Assembly: GCA_951406725.2 (NCBI GenBank)
Contig: OX597830.1
Coordinates: 71,796,001 to 71,860,000, forward strand
From: Octopus vulgaris
Taxonomy: Eukaryota
Reading direction: 5' to 3'
Length of the DNA: 64,000 nucleotides
The notes under the pieces were generated by a model, which saw nothing but the letters and a program-made list of their open reading frames with translations, had not been told where the DNA came from and did no database searches. Below, piece by piece: positions 39,729 through 54,269 of the stretch. How positions within the stretch are numbered: the stretch's first letter is position 1; every line of letters starts with the position of its first letter. A program made the position numbers and the translations under genes.

Positions 39729-41083
39729 TACATACATATACATTAACTCTGATCCAGCGTTAAAAATAACATAAAATGAAAGTTTTGAATTTAGTCACAA
39801 AGCCAAAAGTTTCTGGTGGAAATGGTTCAATTGAAACACGTACTTCAATTCCAGTACTTGACTGATACCTCCTTTCATGAAGTCCAGAGCAATAAGAGTT
39901 GACTTCGGCGTGATTTGAAATCAGAACATAAAGAGCCGGACCATATACTGCAGATATAATAACTACAAGATTACAATATAGAAGCAAGAAGGGGACCTTA
40001 GACTAAAGATGTGCCATAATTGAATCTTGAAATGTATTTAATCTCTACACTTACTCCTTCACTTTCGTGGCTCTCTTAGTCAATCAGAGAGGACATGGTC
40101 ATCCTAAATGCTAGAAACAGCAGCTAAATGTTCCAGCGGAAATGTCTGTGTGGTTAAAAGTCTTGCTTTTTAACAACGTTGTTTCGGGTACATTTCAACT
40201 GCGCTGCACCTTGAATATCTTCTAATATAGCCTTTAGCCGACCAATGCCTTGTGACTGAATTTGGCACACGGAAACTGTGTGGAATTTCGCCGTGTGTAT
40301 ATATGTGTGTACATTTGTGTTTGTGTGTGTGAAGGTTTCTTTGTGACTGTGTTTGTCTTCCTTTTTCAACCATTTGACAACCAACATTACAAAGAAAAAC
40401 CGCTGCTCGAAATAAGTGATGACGATTGAGCGAAAGCTTCAGGAAATTGAAGTTATGATTGTTTCCGATGGGAAAGTCTCTGTTATCATTAGACATTTCT
40501 TCTTTCATTATTTAAATTTAACTTTATCAAATATTGTGTCTTTTTCGAGGTAATCTTAGATCGTAAGCTATTGTGAAAACGAAAACTGAATTGCCTAACA
40601 ACGAAAACATGAGCGTTTCAACTGATCGTCTTTAATTTTTACTTCTCTTTCCTGTGAGAAGAGCTTCAATTTTAAGAAGCTAAGACATGTATGTATGTAT
40701 ATATATATATGGAGGTATGTGTGTATGTATGCATGTATGTTTGCATTATATTTCTACCTACCTACCTATCTACCTATATTCACATACATAGATACATATA
40801 TAGACACATATGCATATATACATACACGCTGGAGTTGAATTAGGGACAGCTGATGAAGGGGATTTTTTCCTTGTGTAGTTGCCTTGTACACTGCTTTTTC
40901 GTTGTTAAAAAAATGGTCCGTTCCATGCCGTTTTTACTTTTTCGTTTCTCGTTGAGTACGTCTATTTGTGTGTCCTGTACACACGTATATATATTTATAT
41001 ATGCATATAAACATATATATATATATATATATGTTTGTATGTATGCATATATTTTATTTATTACACTATATATATATATATAA

Positions 41084-41169
<86 letters not shown>

Positions 41170-41171
<2 letters not shown>

Positions 41172-41476
41172 AGGCGCAATGACCCAATGGTTAGGGCAGC
41201 GGACTCACGGTCGTAGGATCGCGGTTTCGTTTTCCAGACCGGGCATTGTGAGTGTTTATTGAGCGAAAACACCTAAAGCGCCACGAGGCTCCGGCAGGGG
41301 GTGGTAGCGGTCCCTGCTGTACTCTTTCGCTACAACTTTCTCCCTTTCTTCTGTTGGCCTGCTCGCCTAGCCAGCGGGGTGGCGTCATTTGAAGGCTAAA
41401 ACATTGCGAAGCGCATTGTGACCAGCGATGTGTAGCAACATCTGATAGCCTGGTCGGTAACGGTGATCACGGTGAT
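41170..41476 (+). mobile_element. SINE family C, tail type 1
   Basis: ggaggcgcaatgacccaatggttagggcagcgg head; preceded by (TG)n, followed by (TA)n. Confidence 0.85.
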
Positions 41477-41501
41477 ATATATATATATATATATTTATGT
41501 A

Positions 41502-41564
<63 letters not shown>

Positions 41565-41628
41565 TGTGGGAGGGAGAGACAGACAGACAGACAGACAAAA
41601 AAAATGATAATGAGCGAATGCGACATAC

Positions 41629-42096
41629 CTTGTTGCATACATTAATTAAATAAACAAATAAACTGAATTGTCCGAATTGTTTAGGTTATTGATAGAAAAT
41701 AAATGACGAAAAACAACACAAACAATAAAAAAAAAATCAGCAATATTATTTTTAAAAAAACACACGGGAAAACAATAAAAACAATAGCAAAAGCAACAAA
41801 AGATATCGAAATTATAAAAAAAAATATGTATAAAGAAAATATAATAAATGACATCCATTTCCCCAGACCAGCCAAAGAAACAGACGATTCAATATATAAA
41901 TCTCGAATCATTTTATAGCCGTCTGCATATTACAGTGTCTCCGCGGTGATGGCGTGTAGATGGAAGAGCGTTGGGCTGGTCGGTTGGTTGGTTTGTTGGC
42001 TTGTTGGATGGTTGGTTGGTTGGTTGGTCGGTTGGTTTGAGCCGAACAAACAGATAAATCGTTGGCATTGCTTTTTCGTTCACACAATGAGTGTTT
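41629..42096 (-). other. Putative mostly-5'UTR exon ending in a start codon and donor site
   Basis: Acceptor ...ttaactataacctataatttag|AAAC at 42096; strong donor CAAG|gtatgt at 41629; ATGs at 41642 (MYAT) and 41638 (MQQ). Confidence 0.45.
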
Positions 42097-42351
42097 CTAA
42101 ATTATAGGTTATAGTTAAATGTTTTAAAGATGGAGAAGAGAAGAGAAGAGAAGAGAATCTGATGAATTGATATCATCTGATGCAACATAACGTAAATCTT
42201 ATACTTGTTCTCAACAAAATGCCGTCTGTTTTTTATTTTTTTTATTTTTGCGGGAGCAATATACACACACGCACTTGAAAGCATACACACACTCACACAC
42301 ACGCACTTGAAAGCATACACACACTCACACACACTAACACACACATGAATG

Positions 42352-42405
<54 letters not shown>

Positions 42406-42674
42406 TATTAATATATATATGTATATATGAATGAATATATGCATACATACACACGCACACGCACACACACATATACTCACACACGCACACGTATATTCAA
42501 GTATAGTTACACACGTACACACACACATGTATGTATAAATTGAGAGATACATGCATATATATATATATGTGTGTGTGTGTGTTTGTATGTATGTGTATAT
42601 GTATGTATGTACATATCTATATAGCTATCTATGCATATATATATATATTCATAGATACATATATAGATATATAA

Positions 42675-42709
<35 letters not shown>

Positions 42710-42984
42710 TGTATGTATGTATGTATGTATGTATGGACGTTTTTGCTTGTATGTGTGTGTGTCTGATTGCGTGAGTGTGTGCTTGTGCGTATTTCTACCC
42801 CGCTTGTATTGCTTTATGAAACAAAGCTAAGTTAAGAGATTCGGAAACATTAAATAACCGCAAATGACCGATAAGAATTTTAAATAAGTATTTAAAGTGT
42901 AAAAAATAAATTAATCATAAAAGCACTACTACTACAACTACTGCTAGTATGATCATTATTACTATTACTATTGGTATTACTAGT

Positions 42985-43195
42985 GGTTAGCTGGCAAACT
43001 CGTTAGCAGATCCGGCGAAATGCTTAGCAACATTTCGTCCATATTTACTTTCATAGTTCAAATTCAGCCGGTGTCGACTTTGCCTTTCATCATTTCGGGG
43101 TCGATAAATTAAGTACTAGTGAAACACTGGGATCAATGTAATCGACTAGTCCTCTCTCCACAAATTCCAGGTTTTGTGCCTATAGCAGAAAGGAT
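42985..43195 (+). mobile_element. SINE family B, older subfamily
   Basis: agctggcaaactcgttagca...gtcgactttgcctttcatcatttcggggtcgataaattaagtac. Confidence 0.8.
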
Positions 43196-43236
43196 TAACA
43201 TTGTTTCTCTCTCTCTATATATATATATATGTATGT

Positions 43237-43418
43237 GTACCGTTGGCGATTTTTTTTTCCTCTGTCTTCCTTTCTCTGGATCTTTCCTTCTCCTATGTTT
43301 CCGACGAAGAGCTCCGCTCGAAACGTTAAACCATCCTTCTTTCCTTCTTTCCTGAACGTCCAATAATACTATACTTGTTCCACTTCCTCGCGTTGTGTCT
43401 TTTGTGCTTTCTTGATTA

Positions 43419-43422
<4 letters not shown>
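43237..43422 (+). mobile_element. Hammerhead-bearing (TA)n-embedded element, family H2
   Basis: gttt-CCGACGA-A-GAGC-TCC-GCTC-GAAA-CGTT-aaac at 43297-43331; paralog at 58339-58557. Confidence 0.75.
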
Positions 43423-43461
<39 letters not shown>

Positions 43462-43464
<3 letters not shown>

Positions 43465-43529
43465 CGGTGCTCCAGCATGGCCGCAGTCGAATGACTGAAA
43501 CAAGTAAAAGAGTAAAAGAGTAAAGAGTA

Positions 43530-43585
<56 letters not shown>

Positions 43586-43813
43586 TTATGTATGTGTGTG
43601 TATATGTTTGTGTGTCTGTGTTTGTCCCCCCACCCAACATAGCTTGACAACCGATGCTGGTGTGTTTACGTCCGCGTAAACTAGCGGTTCGGCAAAAAGA
43701 GACCGATAGAATAAGTACTAGGCTTCCAAAGAATAACTCCTGGGGTTGATTTGCTCGACGAAATGCGGTGCTCCAGCATGGCCACAGTCAAATGACTCAA
43801 ACAAGTAAAAGAG
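43462..43813 (+). mobile_element. SINE family A 3' fragments separated by (TA)n
   Basis: Terminal piece 43462-43529 and 3' half 43605-43813. Confidence 0.85.
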
Positions 43814-44629
43814 TATGTATGTATGTATGTATGTATGTATGTATGTATGTATGTATGTATGCATATATTGCTCCGTTTCAGTCTTGTTAAATAGTATAAG
43901 GAAATTAATGTACAATTTTGCATTTTCTTCTTTTTCCTCCTTCTCGCGGAAAATTAACTTGAGAATTCAATAGTCTGTAAATAAATAAATAAAGGAATAA
44001 ATAAATGAATAAATGGATGGATAAATATTATTATTGTCATCATGGTTTATTCCAAAATTGTACTTAGCCTAAAGCAATGCGTTCTCATTTCTGAACTTCC
44101 TAACCTTACTGCAAATACATATAACACAAAGATGACCGACAAAATAATGTCATTCACTTTATGTCAATATGGCGCCCTGCCTGTGGCAAGATAGATCTTA
44201 TATGAGATTTTAATTAACGTCGGTTAATCACTAATTATGCTCTGATTTCCTGTTCGCTATCGGTTTCATTTAAGGGATTAAACGACCTAGCAGAGCCAGC
44301 AGATATGTTAAGGAATGATTCTACATTATCTTACGCTTTTACTTGTTTCAGTCATTTGACTGCGGTCATGCTGGAGCACCGCCTTTAGTCGACCAAATCG
44401 ACACCAGGACTTATTCTTTGGAAGCCTAGTAATTATTCTATCGGTCACTTTTTTCCGAACCGCTAGGTTACGGGGACGTAAACACACCAGATTCGGTTGT
44501 CAAGCGATGTTGGGGGGACGAACACAGACACACAAAGATATACACACCCATACATACATACATACATACATACATACATACATACATACATACATACATA
44601 CATTCATACATGCATACATACATACATAG

Positions 44630-44695
<66 letters not shown>

Positions 44696-44696
<1 letters not shown>

Positions 44697-45055
44697 AGGC
44701 GCAATGGCCCAGTGGTTAGGGCAGCGGACTCGCGGTCGTAGGATCGTAGTTTCGATTCCCAGACCGGGCGTTGTGAGTATTTATTGAGCGAAAACACCTA
44801 AAGCCCCACGAGGCTCTGTTGTACTCTTTCACCACAACTTTCTCTCACTCTTACCTCCTGTTTCTGTTGTACCTGTATTTCAAAGGGCCGGCCTTGTCAC
44901 TCTCTGTGTCACGCTGAATATCCCCGAGAACTACGTTAAGGGTGCACGTGTCTGTGGAGTGCTCAGCCATTTACACGTTAATCTCACGAGCAGGCTGTTC
45001 CGTTGATCAGATCAACCGGAACCCTCGTCGTCGTAACCGATGGAGTGCTTCCATC
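44696..45055 (+). mobile_element. SINE family C, tail type 2 (copy 1)
   Basis: A box TGGCCCAGTGG, B box TTTCGATTCCC; between (TG)n and (TA)n. Confidence 0.88.
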
Positions 45056-45066
45056 ATATATATATC

Positions 45067-45662
<596 letters not shown>

Positions 45663-46264
45663 TGTATGTATGTATACATGCATACTACGGACTTCTTTCA
45701 GTTTCCGTCTACCAAATCGACTCACAAGGCTTTGGTCGGCCCGAGGCTATAGTAGAAGACACTTGCCCAAGGTGCCACGCAGTGGGAATGAACCCGGAAC
45801 CATGTGATTGGTAAGCCAGCTACTTATCCCACAGCCACTCCTGCGAACGATTTGTAAGAAATAGAAGTTAAATCTCCTTTAAAGTACATCTATCCCTCAT
45901 GCGATAAAGGTTTGCGTTATTTAAGGAAAAAATATAGATATTGGCATCCAAAGAGACTTTTCAGTGTTTCACTGGTACCTAACTTATCATCTTCGAAAGG
46001 CCGAGATGCAAAATTTGAACTCAGAACGTCGAGACGGACAAAGTATGGCTAAGCAGTTTGTCCAGCATGTAAACGATTCTGCCAGCTCGCTGCTTTGATA
46101 AACTCACACAATAAGAGAAAGAAAATATTTAGAAAACCAACGACTACCACTCTTCCTCCTCTTCCTTTTACTACATTTTAACCTCTTCTTTACTCTTGCT
46201 TATATCTTATTGCTTACACTTTCCTTACTAGTACAAACTAAAGTTTATTCCTTGCTACCTTCCT

Positions 46265-46380
46265 TTTCTTCTTCTTCGTCTTCTTCTTCTTCCCCTTCTT
46301 CTTCTTCTTCTTCTTCTTCTTCTTCTTCTTCTTCTTCTTCTTCTTCTTCTTCTTTTATTTCTTCCTCCTCCTTCTTCTTT
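46265..46380. repeat. (TTC)n microsatellite
   Basis: Directly visible. Confidence 0.95.
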
Positions 46381-46492
46381 TTGCCTCCCTAGAACTTTTT
46401 TCTTCCAATCTTTACAATATACACAATTATAAAGTCATAAATATATATGACTTCGCTGAGATGAAAGAAAACAAAACGAAAAAAATAAATGA

Positions 46493-46537
<45 letters not shown>

Positions 46538-47154
46538 TTGAAGGAAAGAAAGAAAAAATGTTGTTGTTTATTATTTATATATATATTTATATATTTATTT
46601 TCTTCTGTATTTGCTACTACTGCAATTAACATCAAAGGGGAAACGTTTTAATTTATAAGAAGAAACACGAGGTCAAATGAGGGTGTTTTAGTGTGAATCC
46701 GGGTCAAATTTATTTATTATTTTTATTATTATAAAGTTTCCTACTATTTCGTTTATTATCCTGTACTTGACTTTAAAAAAAAAAGTAACTATCACAAACT
46801 AGTTCGCTAGTCATGTTGAACTCATTTTTGGTCAATTAAGTGAAATGAACTAAGAGAAACATGCCCTCGCTGTACTATTACGACGGAGTATCTAAACTCT
46901 GAACTGATATACATATATATATATATGTATATATATATATAGATATATAAACGTACATACGACATTGAAAATTTCAAAGAACTAAAAGCATACAGTGCAA
47001 CTAAAGGAGCATTTAGTACTTATACGTTTTAAATAAAAGCGTTAGTTACTAATATATTTTAGATAACTAAACATACAAATTACCGACAAATGAAATGGCA
47101 TGGACTCCTGCTTACATTCTTAATGTGGATTAGAGTTTCTGGACAGGTTGGAGT

Positions 47155-47463
47155 TTTGTTTTTTGTTCCTTCTCAAGCCGTGCCTGGCTCATAAGGGTCG
47201 GTTTTCCCGGTTTCCTTGGCGTATAGGTTCCCCACATGGACGGGACGTCTGTCCGTCGCAGGTGAGCTGCAAGATGCAGGAGGAAAGATTGAAAGAAATT
47301 TGTGGCAAAAGAGTCAGCAGAAGTTTGCCATTACCTTCTGCCGTAGCCGCGTGGAGCTTAGGCGTTTCGCTCATAAACACACACATCGCCCGGTGTGAGA
47401 TTCGAACCCGCGATCCAACGACCGCGAGTCCGCTTCTCTAACCTCTAGGCCATGTGCGTCCAC
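47155..47463 (-). mobile_element. SINE family D (V-domain-like)
   Basis: Homolog of 56228-56536. Confidence 0.88.
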
Positions 47464-47559
47464 TGTAGAGTGTTGTGCTCTTGAGCGAGGCACTTTATTT
47501 TACGCTGCTCCAGTTTACACGACAGCTTACTCTTCCCTTTCTTCCTGTGCCATCCTGGA

Positions 47560-47800
47560 AGCACCGCTGCATTAAACTGTGCGAGATTCGAAAGGATATC
47601 CATATCAGTTGACAGATTTATGGTCGAGCCTGTGGCAATGGAGACCTCCGGCGTTCTTGTTCCCCGCACCGTATCTTTGCTCACCTCTAGCTGAGCTGTT
47701 TGTCCGCAAGTGCGAGCTCCGTGAGCCAGAGTGAATGTTCCCTTACCATCCTCCAGAACAACGCCTTTTCAATTTTGTCCACTGGAACCATGAGACACCC
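47560..47800 (-). pseudogene. Possible degraded L1/Tx1 LINE C-terminal fragment
   Basis: IEKALFWRMVREHSL...IRCGEQE...P*ICQLIW resembles the zf-RVT region. Confidence 0.35.
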
Positions 47801-47960
47801 TCCAGCAGACAAAAAGGACTTATAGAAAATTATACATGTGTGTACACATAGATATTTATAACCATTATCGTTTACTGTAATGTTGGCAAATGCCTTTATT
47901 GGAAAGTAACATAATTTGGCAAAGCGCTAAAAGAATATAGCAATTTGCAAAATCATACTC

Positions 47961-48351
47961 TTTTACTTGTTTCAGTCATTTGACTGCGGCCATGCTGGAG
48001 CACCGCCTTTAGTCGAGCAAATCGACCCCAGAACTTATTCTTTGTAAGCCTAGTACTTATTCTATCGGTCTCTTTTGCTGAACTGCTAAGTTAGGGGACG
48101 TAAACACATCAGCATCGGTTTTCAAGCGATGTTAGGGGGACAAACACAAACACATAAATACACACACATACACATATATATACATATATACGACGGACTT
48201 CTTTCTGTTCCCGTCTACCAAATCCACTCACAAGGTTTTGGTCGGCCTGAGGCTACAGTAGAAGACACTTGCCCAATGTGCTACGCAGTGGACTGAACCC
48301 GAAACTATGTGGTTGGTAAACAAGCTATTTACCACACAGCCACTCCTGCGC
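47961..48351 (-). mobile_element. SINE family A, full length with TSD
   Basis: AAATCATACTC at 47950-47960 and 48372-48382; 20-nt filler at the 5' junction. Confidence 0.9.
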
Positions 48352-48710
48352 TTAGTATGCTACATTCTAATAAATCATACTCGTTGAAGTATGACAACCA
48401 TCTCAGTTTTTAAAACAACACTTCCATACGAGATATTATTTTAGGAGAAATACTGCTGTAATTAGACTTTTGACAGTATGTGTATGTTAAGTATGCTATA
48501 TAGATGGCTATTTTAATTATGCACTACCTCGATTGCGCATGCTGGATTTTTAATCAATGTGGCAGCTATTCACAACTTCAACGAATATCTTAATTGACTT
48601 TTCTTATATGAGAAACGTTGATTTCTTGTCTGAATATGCGAGTCATTGGAAAGGACCAAAGAAGCCGAAATATTCTGGTGCTTTCGCTGGACACTGCTCG
48701 GATAAATTAA

Positions 48711-48787
<77 letters not shown>

Positions 48788-48902
48788 CCTTTCTTTCTCT
48801 GTCTAATATTTATTGTTTTTAACACAAGTCCATAGATACCTTTTGGCACAGGAAGCAGACAGTTACACACATACGTGCTCATGCAGAAGTATACACATAG
48901 AA

Positions 48903-49132
48903 GGCGGCGAGCTGGCAGAAACGTTAGCACGCCGGGCGAAATGCTTTGCAGTATTTCGTCTGCCGCTACGTTCTGAATTCAAATTCCGCTGAGGTCGACT
49001 TTGCCTTTCATCCTTTCGGGGTCGATCAAATAAATACCAGTTACGCACTGGGTCGATATAATCGACTTAATTCGTTTGTCTGTCCTTGTTTGTCCCCTCT
49101 GTGTTTAGCCCCTTGCGGGTGGTAAAGAAAAA
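48903..49132 (+). mobile_element. SINE family B monomer with 18-bp TSD
   Basis: AGAAGTATACACATAGAA at 48885-48902 and 49133-49150. Confidence 0.92.
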
Positions 49133-49333
49133 AGAAGTATACACATAGAAATAAATAATCAGATAGATAGTTACATGCATACATACATACTTACATACAT
49201 ATATACATTCATATATGCAGATATCTTAATGAAGAGAGAGGTGGGGAGAAAGAAAGCCGTGTTTATATCATTTAAATTAATTCTCTTTCTATCAGTCTCT
49301 CTGTTTCTCTCACTCTGACATACACTCTCTCAC

Positions 49334-49531
49334 CCCAATTTTACTGCTCAAAGCGCCAAAATTTATATTCAGTATCAGTTCTACGTTGTCAAAGACGTAC
49401 GTAAAATTTCTTTTCCACGTTTCATCAATATTTCACCAGCCATCATAAACATTTAGTGAAGCAGAAAGTTAAAGGATATTTAGTTGTCGATTGCTTCAGT
49501 AGTTGTGATGATGATAAGTCTGTTGTTAACT
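49334..49531 (-). other. Putative non-coding first exon
   Basis: Non-repetitive sequence from Inr-like CCAGTT (A at 49531) to donor GGG|gtgaga at 49334. Confidence 0.3.
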
Positions 49532-49635
49532 GGACTAAAAACTACACTCCCTGATCTTATATGACTCGACAAAGGCTCTGGTGTTATATGACTCGACGTA
49601 GAATCAGCTACGCCAAATGGGCGGCGCAAAGCAGC
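49528..49635 (-). promoter_or_regulatory. Putative Pol II core promoter
   Basis: TATAAG begins 30 nt before the Inr-like A; 14-bp GTCGAGTCATATAA repeated at 49557-49570 and 49584-49597; GC-rich gcgccgccc upstream. Confidence 0.4.
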
Positions 49636-49753
49636 TGTGCCAACTTGTCGCATACTCTTCATGGGACTTTCTAGTGCTTCTCAAGTACTGCAGACATTTC
49701 TGCTCTCTGTCTGTCTGTCTCTCTATCCATCTGTCTGTCTGTCTATCTATCTA

Positions 49754-49834
<81 letters not shown>

Positions 49835-50071
49835 CGATCGATCGACTCCGTAGCACTGTAAAAAAGATGTATGGACTTTCATAGTGTCTCTTTATCCAGA
49901 AATGAAAAAGGATCCAACTTCTCATGAAAACACAAATATGGTACTGGAGCCATCCAATAGCGAACCGATATACAACGCAACAGAGAAGAAACATGGCGAA
50001 ATATTTGCGTACATTTACGTATCTGTCTTAACGTTCAGCGAGTGTTATTCTCGCTTTTTCTGTTGCTCGTC

Positions 50072-50151
<80 letters not shown>

Positions 50152-50159
50152 ATCTATCC

Positions 50160-50215
<56 letters not shown>

Positions 50216-51221
50216 GTCTGTCTGTCTGCCTGTCTGTCTGTCAGTCTGCCTGTCTGTCTCTCTTTTTATCTATCTTTCATTTAGTCTCTCCCCCACCGAT
50301 TACGAAATTACTAAATGAAAAAGTAAAAAAAAATAAATGAAAAAACAGCGAAACAAAAACAATGATAACCTGATGTTCACTCAACGTAAACTAGTTTTAG
50401 TCTTTATATATTTTATTTATTCATATTATTTATCATAATTTATTTATTTATTTGTTTATATATTCATATCGTCTGTTTACATGTTTATGTATTTATTTAT
50501 TTATTGGAAGACAATGCGAGTGTGTGTGATTGTGTGTGCATCTATGTGTGTGCGTATGTGTGAGTGAGTTGCGTGTGTTTGTTTGTGTGTGTGTGCGTGC
50601 ATGTGGTGTGGAAGACGGAGGGGGAAATGCCTACCAGAGGAAAATTAGAGTGAGGAATAAATCACACAGACACATGCATGGGTGTATGTGTGTGTGTGTG
50701 TGTCTATGTGTATATTTGTGTGTATGTGTGTGTGTGTCTATGTGTACATTTATGTGTATGTAAGTGTATGTGTGTGTCTATGTGTATATTTGTGTATATG
50801 TGTGTTTCTATGTGTATATTTGTGTGATTGTATTTGTGTGTCTGTGTGTGAGTCCGTACACACTCGTAAGCTCACACAAGAGCATATTTACAGAGAAGCC
50901 GGAGAGATAAATAAAAAGAGAAAGAGAGAGTGAAAGCGATCTTGATAGATAACGAGATTAAGAGAGACAGAGAGAGAGAGATGAGAAATGAGACACACAC
51001 ACACGTGAATACATACATACATACATACATACATACATACATACATACATACATACATACATACATACATACATAATATACATTTGTACACAAGCATAAG
51101 CACACACATATATTTACAGAAAAGAGAAAGACTGAGACAAACACAAATAGATAGATAGATAGAAAGTGACATGTATACATACATATATATATGTGTGTGT
51201 GTGAGTGTGCCTGTAAAGAAT

Positions 51222-51252
<31 letters not shown>

Positions 51253-51891
51253 GGTGATTGCACGCAAAAAGCGTAGTAAACATGGCAGCTATTGTTTCTG
51301 AAGTAAAGTGTTGCAGTGCCAATGTTTTGGTCACGAGACTATTTAGATAACAGTTATCGTATGATCTAATGAAGCCTCAAGTGACTCTTATAGCTTCCAA
51401 ATGTAAAGAGGCAGCTTTAACCGTTATACACAAACTGGGAACAGCATTCTCGTTGCATCTTACATCAGTGTACGTTGAACACACTCATACGCAATTGCGT
51501 GCGCACGGAACGGATTCTTATAACTACAGACTGACACACAGAGACGAGTACAAATAAACAAAGGCACCCAAACACACACACAAATACACGCACTCACACA
51601 CACACTCACACATGCATGCACATATGCAATGCATATAACGATGGTATTCTCCAAACAACTACGCTCACTCACATAAACTATATGCCTTCGTATCTCAGGG
51701 AAACACGCGCGTAACCATACACATATAACCACACTACATGCAAACACATATAGCAAGCATATATACACACATATAAACTTATGTCTCCATACACACAAAA
51801 GTAACATATACACATATGCACACACAAAACAGCAAAAACAATAATAAAGTAACACGTATCAAACACACATAACGCTCGCACACGAATACAC

Positions 51892-51937
<46 letters not shown>

Positions 51938-52017
51938 GATTCAAATGAATATGGTACTTAACTTAAATGCACCAGAATCTTTTTTATGGTATTACCCATA
52001 AAATTATGTGGGGTGAT

Positions 52018-52325
52018 TATAACCAAAAAATAAGCAACAAGAATGGATCGGTAGTTTAGTACAATTGTTTCATACTATAAACATTTTATTAAAGTTGAAA
52101 ATATTACAGCAAATATAATGTCAAGTAATCTTCAGCTAAATTTCATATAGGTTTTCCAAACATCTTAGAGAGTGTACATATACTTATAAAGTTATAGATG
52201 TGAGTTCCAGGAACTTGAAGTAAGTTATATTTGCTGTAATATTTGCAACTTTAATAAAATGTTTATAGTATGAAACAATTGTACTAAACTACCGATCCAT
52301 TCTTGTTGCTTATTGTTTGGTTATA
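52018..52325. mobile_element. Foldback element with 101-bp inverted arms
   Basis: Arms 52018-52118 and 52225-52325, two mismatches by eye; TA at both ends. Confidence 0.85.
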
Positions 52326-52388
52326 TATACATGTATGTATGTATGAGTATATGTATATATATGTATGTATTTATATATATCTTTATAT

Positions 52389-52560
52389 CTTTTTTCTCTC
52401 CTTTTTTTCACTCCTTGTTTTTTTCTGTGTATCTTTCTGTCGAAGAGCGTAGGCTCGAAACGTAAAAGACTTTTTCTATTCCTGAGCGCTATACTAATAC
52501 ATTTGTTTGTTTGTACTCCACCTGCCTTCATCTTTTGTTTATTTTCGTAAACTTTCCCTT
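52389..52560 (+). mobile_element. Hammerhead-bearing (TA)n-embedded element, family H1
   Basis: tcttt-CTGTCGA-A-GAGC-GTAG-GCTC-GAAA-CGTA-aaaga at 52432-52469 (core A6 mutated). Confidence 0.72.
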
Positions 52561-52707
52561 TATATATATATGTACCCACACCCACACGCACACACATACA
52601 TATGTTCACGCATATACACGCGCGCGTGTACATACACGCAGGCAGATATGTGCTGTACAGCAATAATTCTAATAAATGAGGAAGCATGCAACGAACGCGC
52701 ACAAAAC

Positions 52708-53371
52708 AGTAGCCTGTCAAGAAGTTTGCTTCCAAACCACCTGGTTTCAGGTTCAATCCCACTGCGTGCCATTTTCCGCAAGCGTCTTTTATGATAACTT
52801 CAGGCCGGCGAAACCCTTGCGACTATATTTGGTAGGCGGAAACGGAAAGAAGCCCGTCGTATATAGGGAAAGTTGTGTGATTAGCAGCTTGCTTCTCAAC
52901 GACATGGGTCCGGGTTCGCTCTCACTTTGTGCCACCTAAGGAAAGTTTCTTTTCTAGCCTCGAGCCGACCAAGCCTTGTTTATGGATTTAGTGGACATAA
53001 ATTGAAAGAAGACCGTCGTACATATATGTGTGTGTATGTGTGTGTGCGTGTGCGTCTTTGTGTCTGTGTTTGTTTCCCCACCATTATCGCTTGAAAACCG
53101 ATGTTGGTTTGTTTATATCCCCGTAACCTAGCAATTCAACCAAAGAGGCTGATAGAATAAGTACTAGGCTTATGAAAAGTAAGTTCTGGGAACGATTTCT
53201 TCGACTAAAACTGTTTAAGGTGGTGCTCGGGCATGGCCGCAGTCAAATGACTGAAACGTGTAAAAGGATATTTATATATATATCTAAGTGTGTGTATGTG
53301 TGTGTGTGTGTATGTATGTATATATGTGCATATACATACATATATATACATACAAATATACACACACACAC

Positions 53372-53427
<56 letters not shown>

Positions 53428-53615
53428 TTATATATTTATATGTGTGTCTTTGTGTCTGTGTTTGGCATCCACCTCTGCTTAACAAACGGTGTTTCTGTGT
53501 TTACGTCCCCCGTAATTCTAGCGGTTCGGCAAAAGAGACCAACTAAAAGTGATTCAACTTGGTGCCCCAGCAAGGTCACAGACTAATGACAGAAGCAAGT
53601 TAAAGACAAAAGATA
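52708..53615 (+). mobile_element. Cluster of diverged SINE family A pieces
   Basis: Two 5' halves and two 3' halves with intervening microsatellites. Confidence 0.75.
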
Positions 53616-53651
53616 AAATTTAAAGCACGCGCAGTAATTTACTGAGAGGGA

Positions 53652-53707
<56 letters not shown>

Positions 53708-54269
53708 TGTGTGTGTGTACAACTGCACATCACACAAAAACAACGCCTATATAATACAATGTACTTACTCAATGCAGCATACACATAACACAGCACATTC
53801 ACAACGCACAATATATATATATATATATGCAAACACACAACAATATGTATGCGCAAACACAACAAATATACAACACAACGGAACTCAGCACAACACATGC
53901 CTGTATATATACGAGCAAAACGTCACCCGTCCAATGGACGGTGCTGAGTTGTCAAATATTTAAACCAAATTTTCTCAAAACGACTTGTCCGACCGTCCCA
54001 TAGCCCCCCGCCTTTGAGAAACACTGATTTAACCTAAATTTGCGACACCAGCAAAAGAAGAAATAAAGATAGACTTTTTTTTCTATTTCAAAGAAAAACA
54101 ATTTTATTCACACAAATATGCAACCGAAGAGTTTAAAGTACCAGTAATGATAAAGCTGTTGACTGGGAGAACACAAACATGGTTTAAACAGTAAGCTTGG
54201 CAGGAAACAACAAAAAATGGATGGTGCAGTTATGTACAGGTTGACGGAAGAAAAGCAGGACAAAAACGG

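Noticed and set aside
40830-40985. CTGATGAAGGGG in a TA-flanked segment; weaker cases at 5701, 14930 and 57320
   Set aside because: No properly placed stem II plus GAAA, so not called hammerheads
41646-41911. Hydrophobic 70-76 aa minus-strand ORFs resembling membrane peptides
   Set aside because: Explained by T-rich low complexity; better read as 5'UTR
46210-46455. Strong minus-strand acceptor ttttctttcatctcag near 46456
   Set aside because: Followed by a GAA repeat with no convincing donor; cannot support an exon
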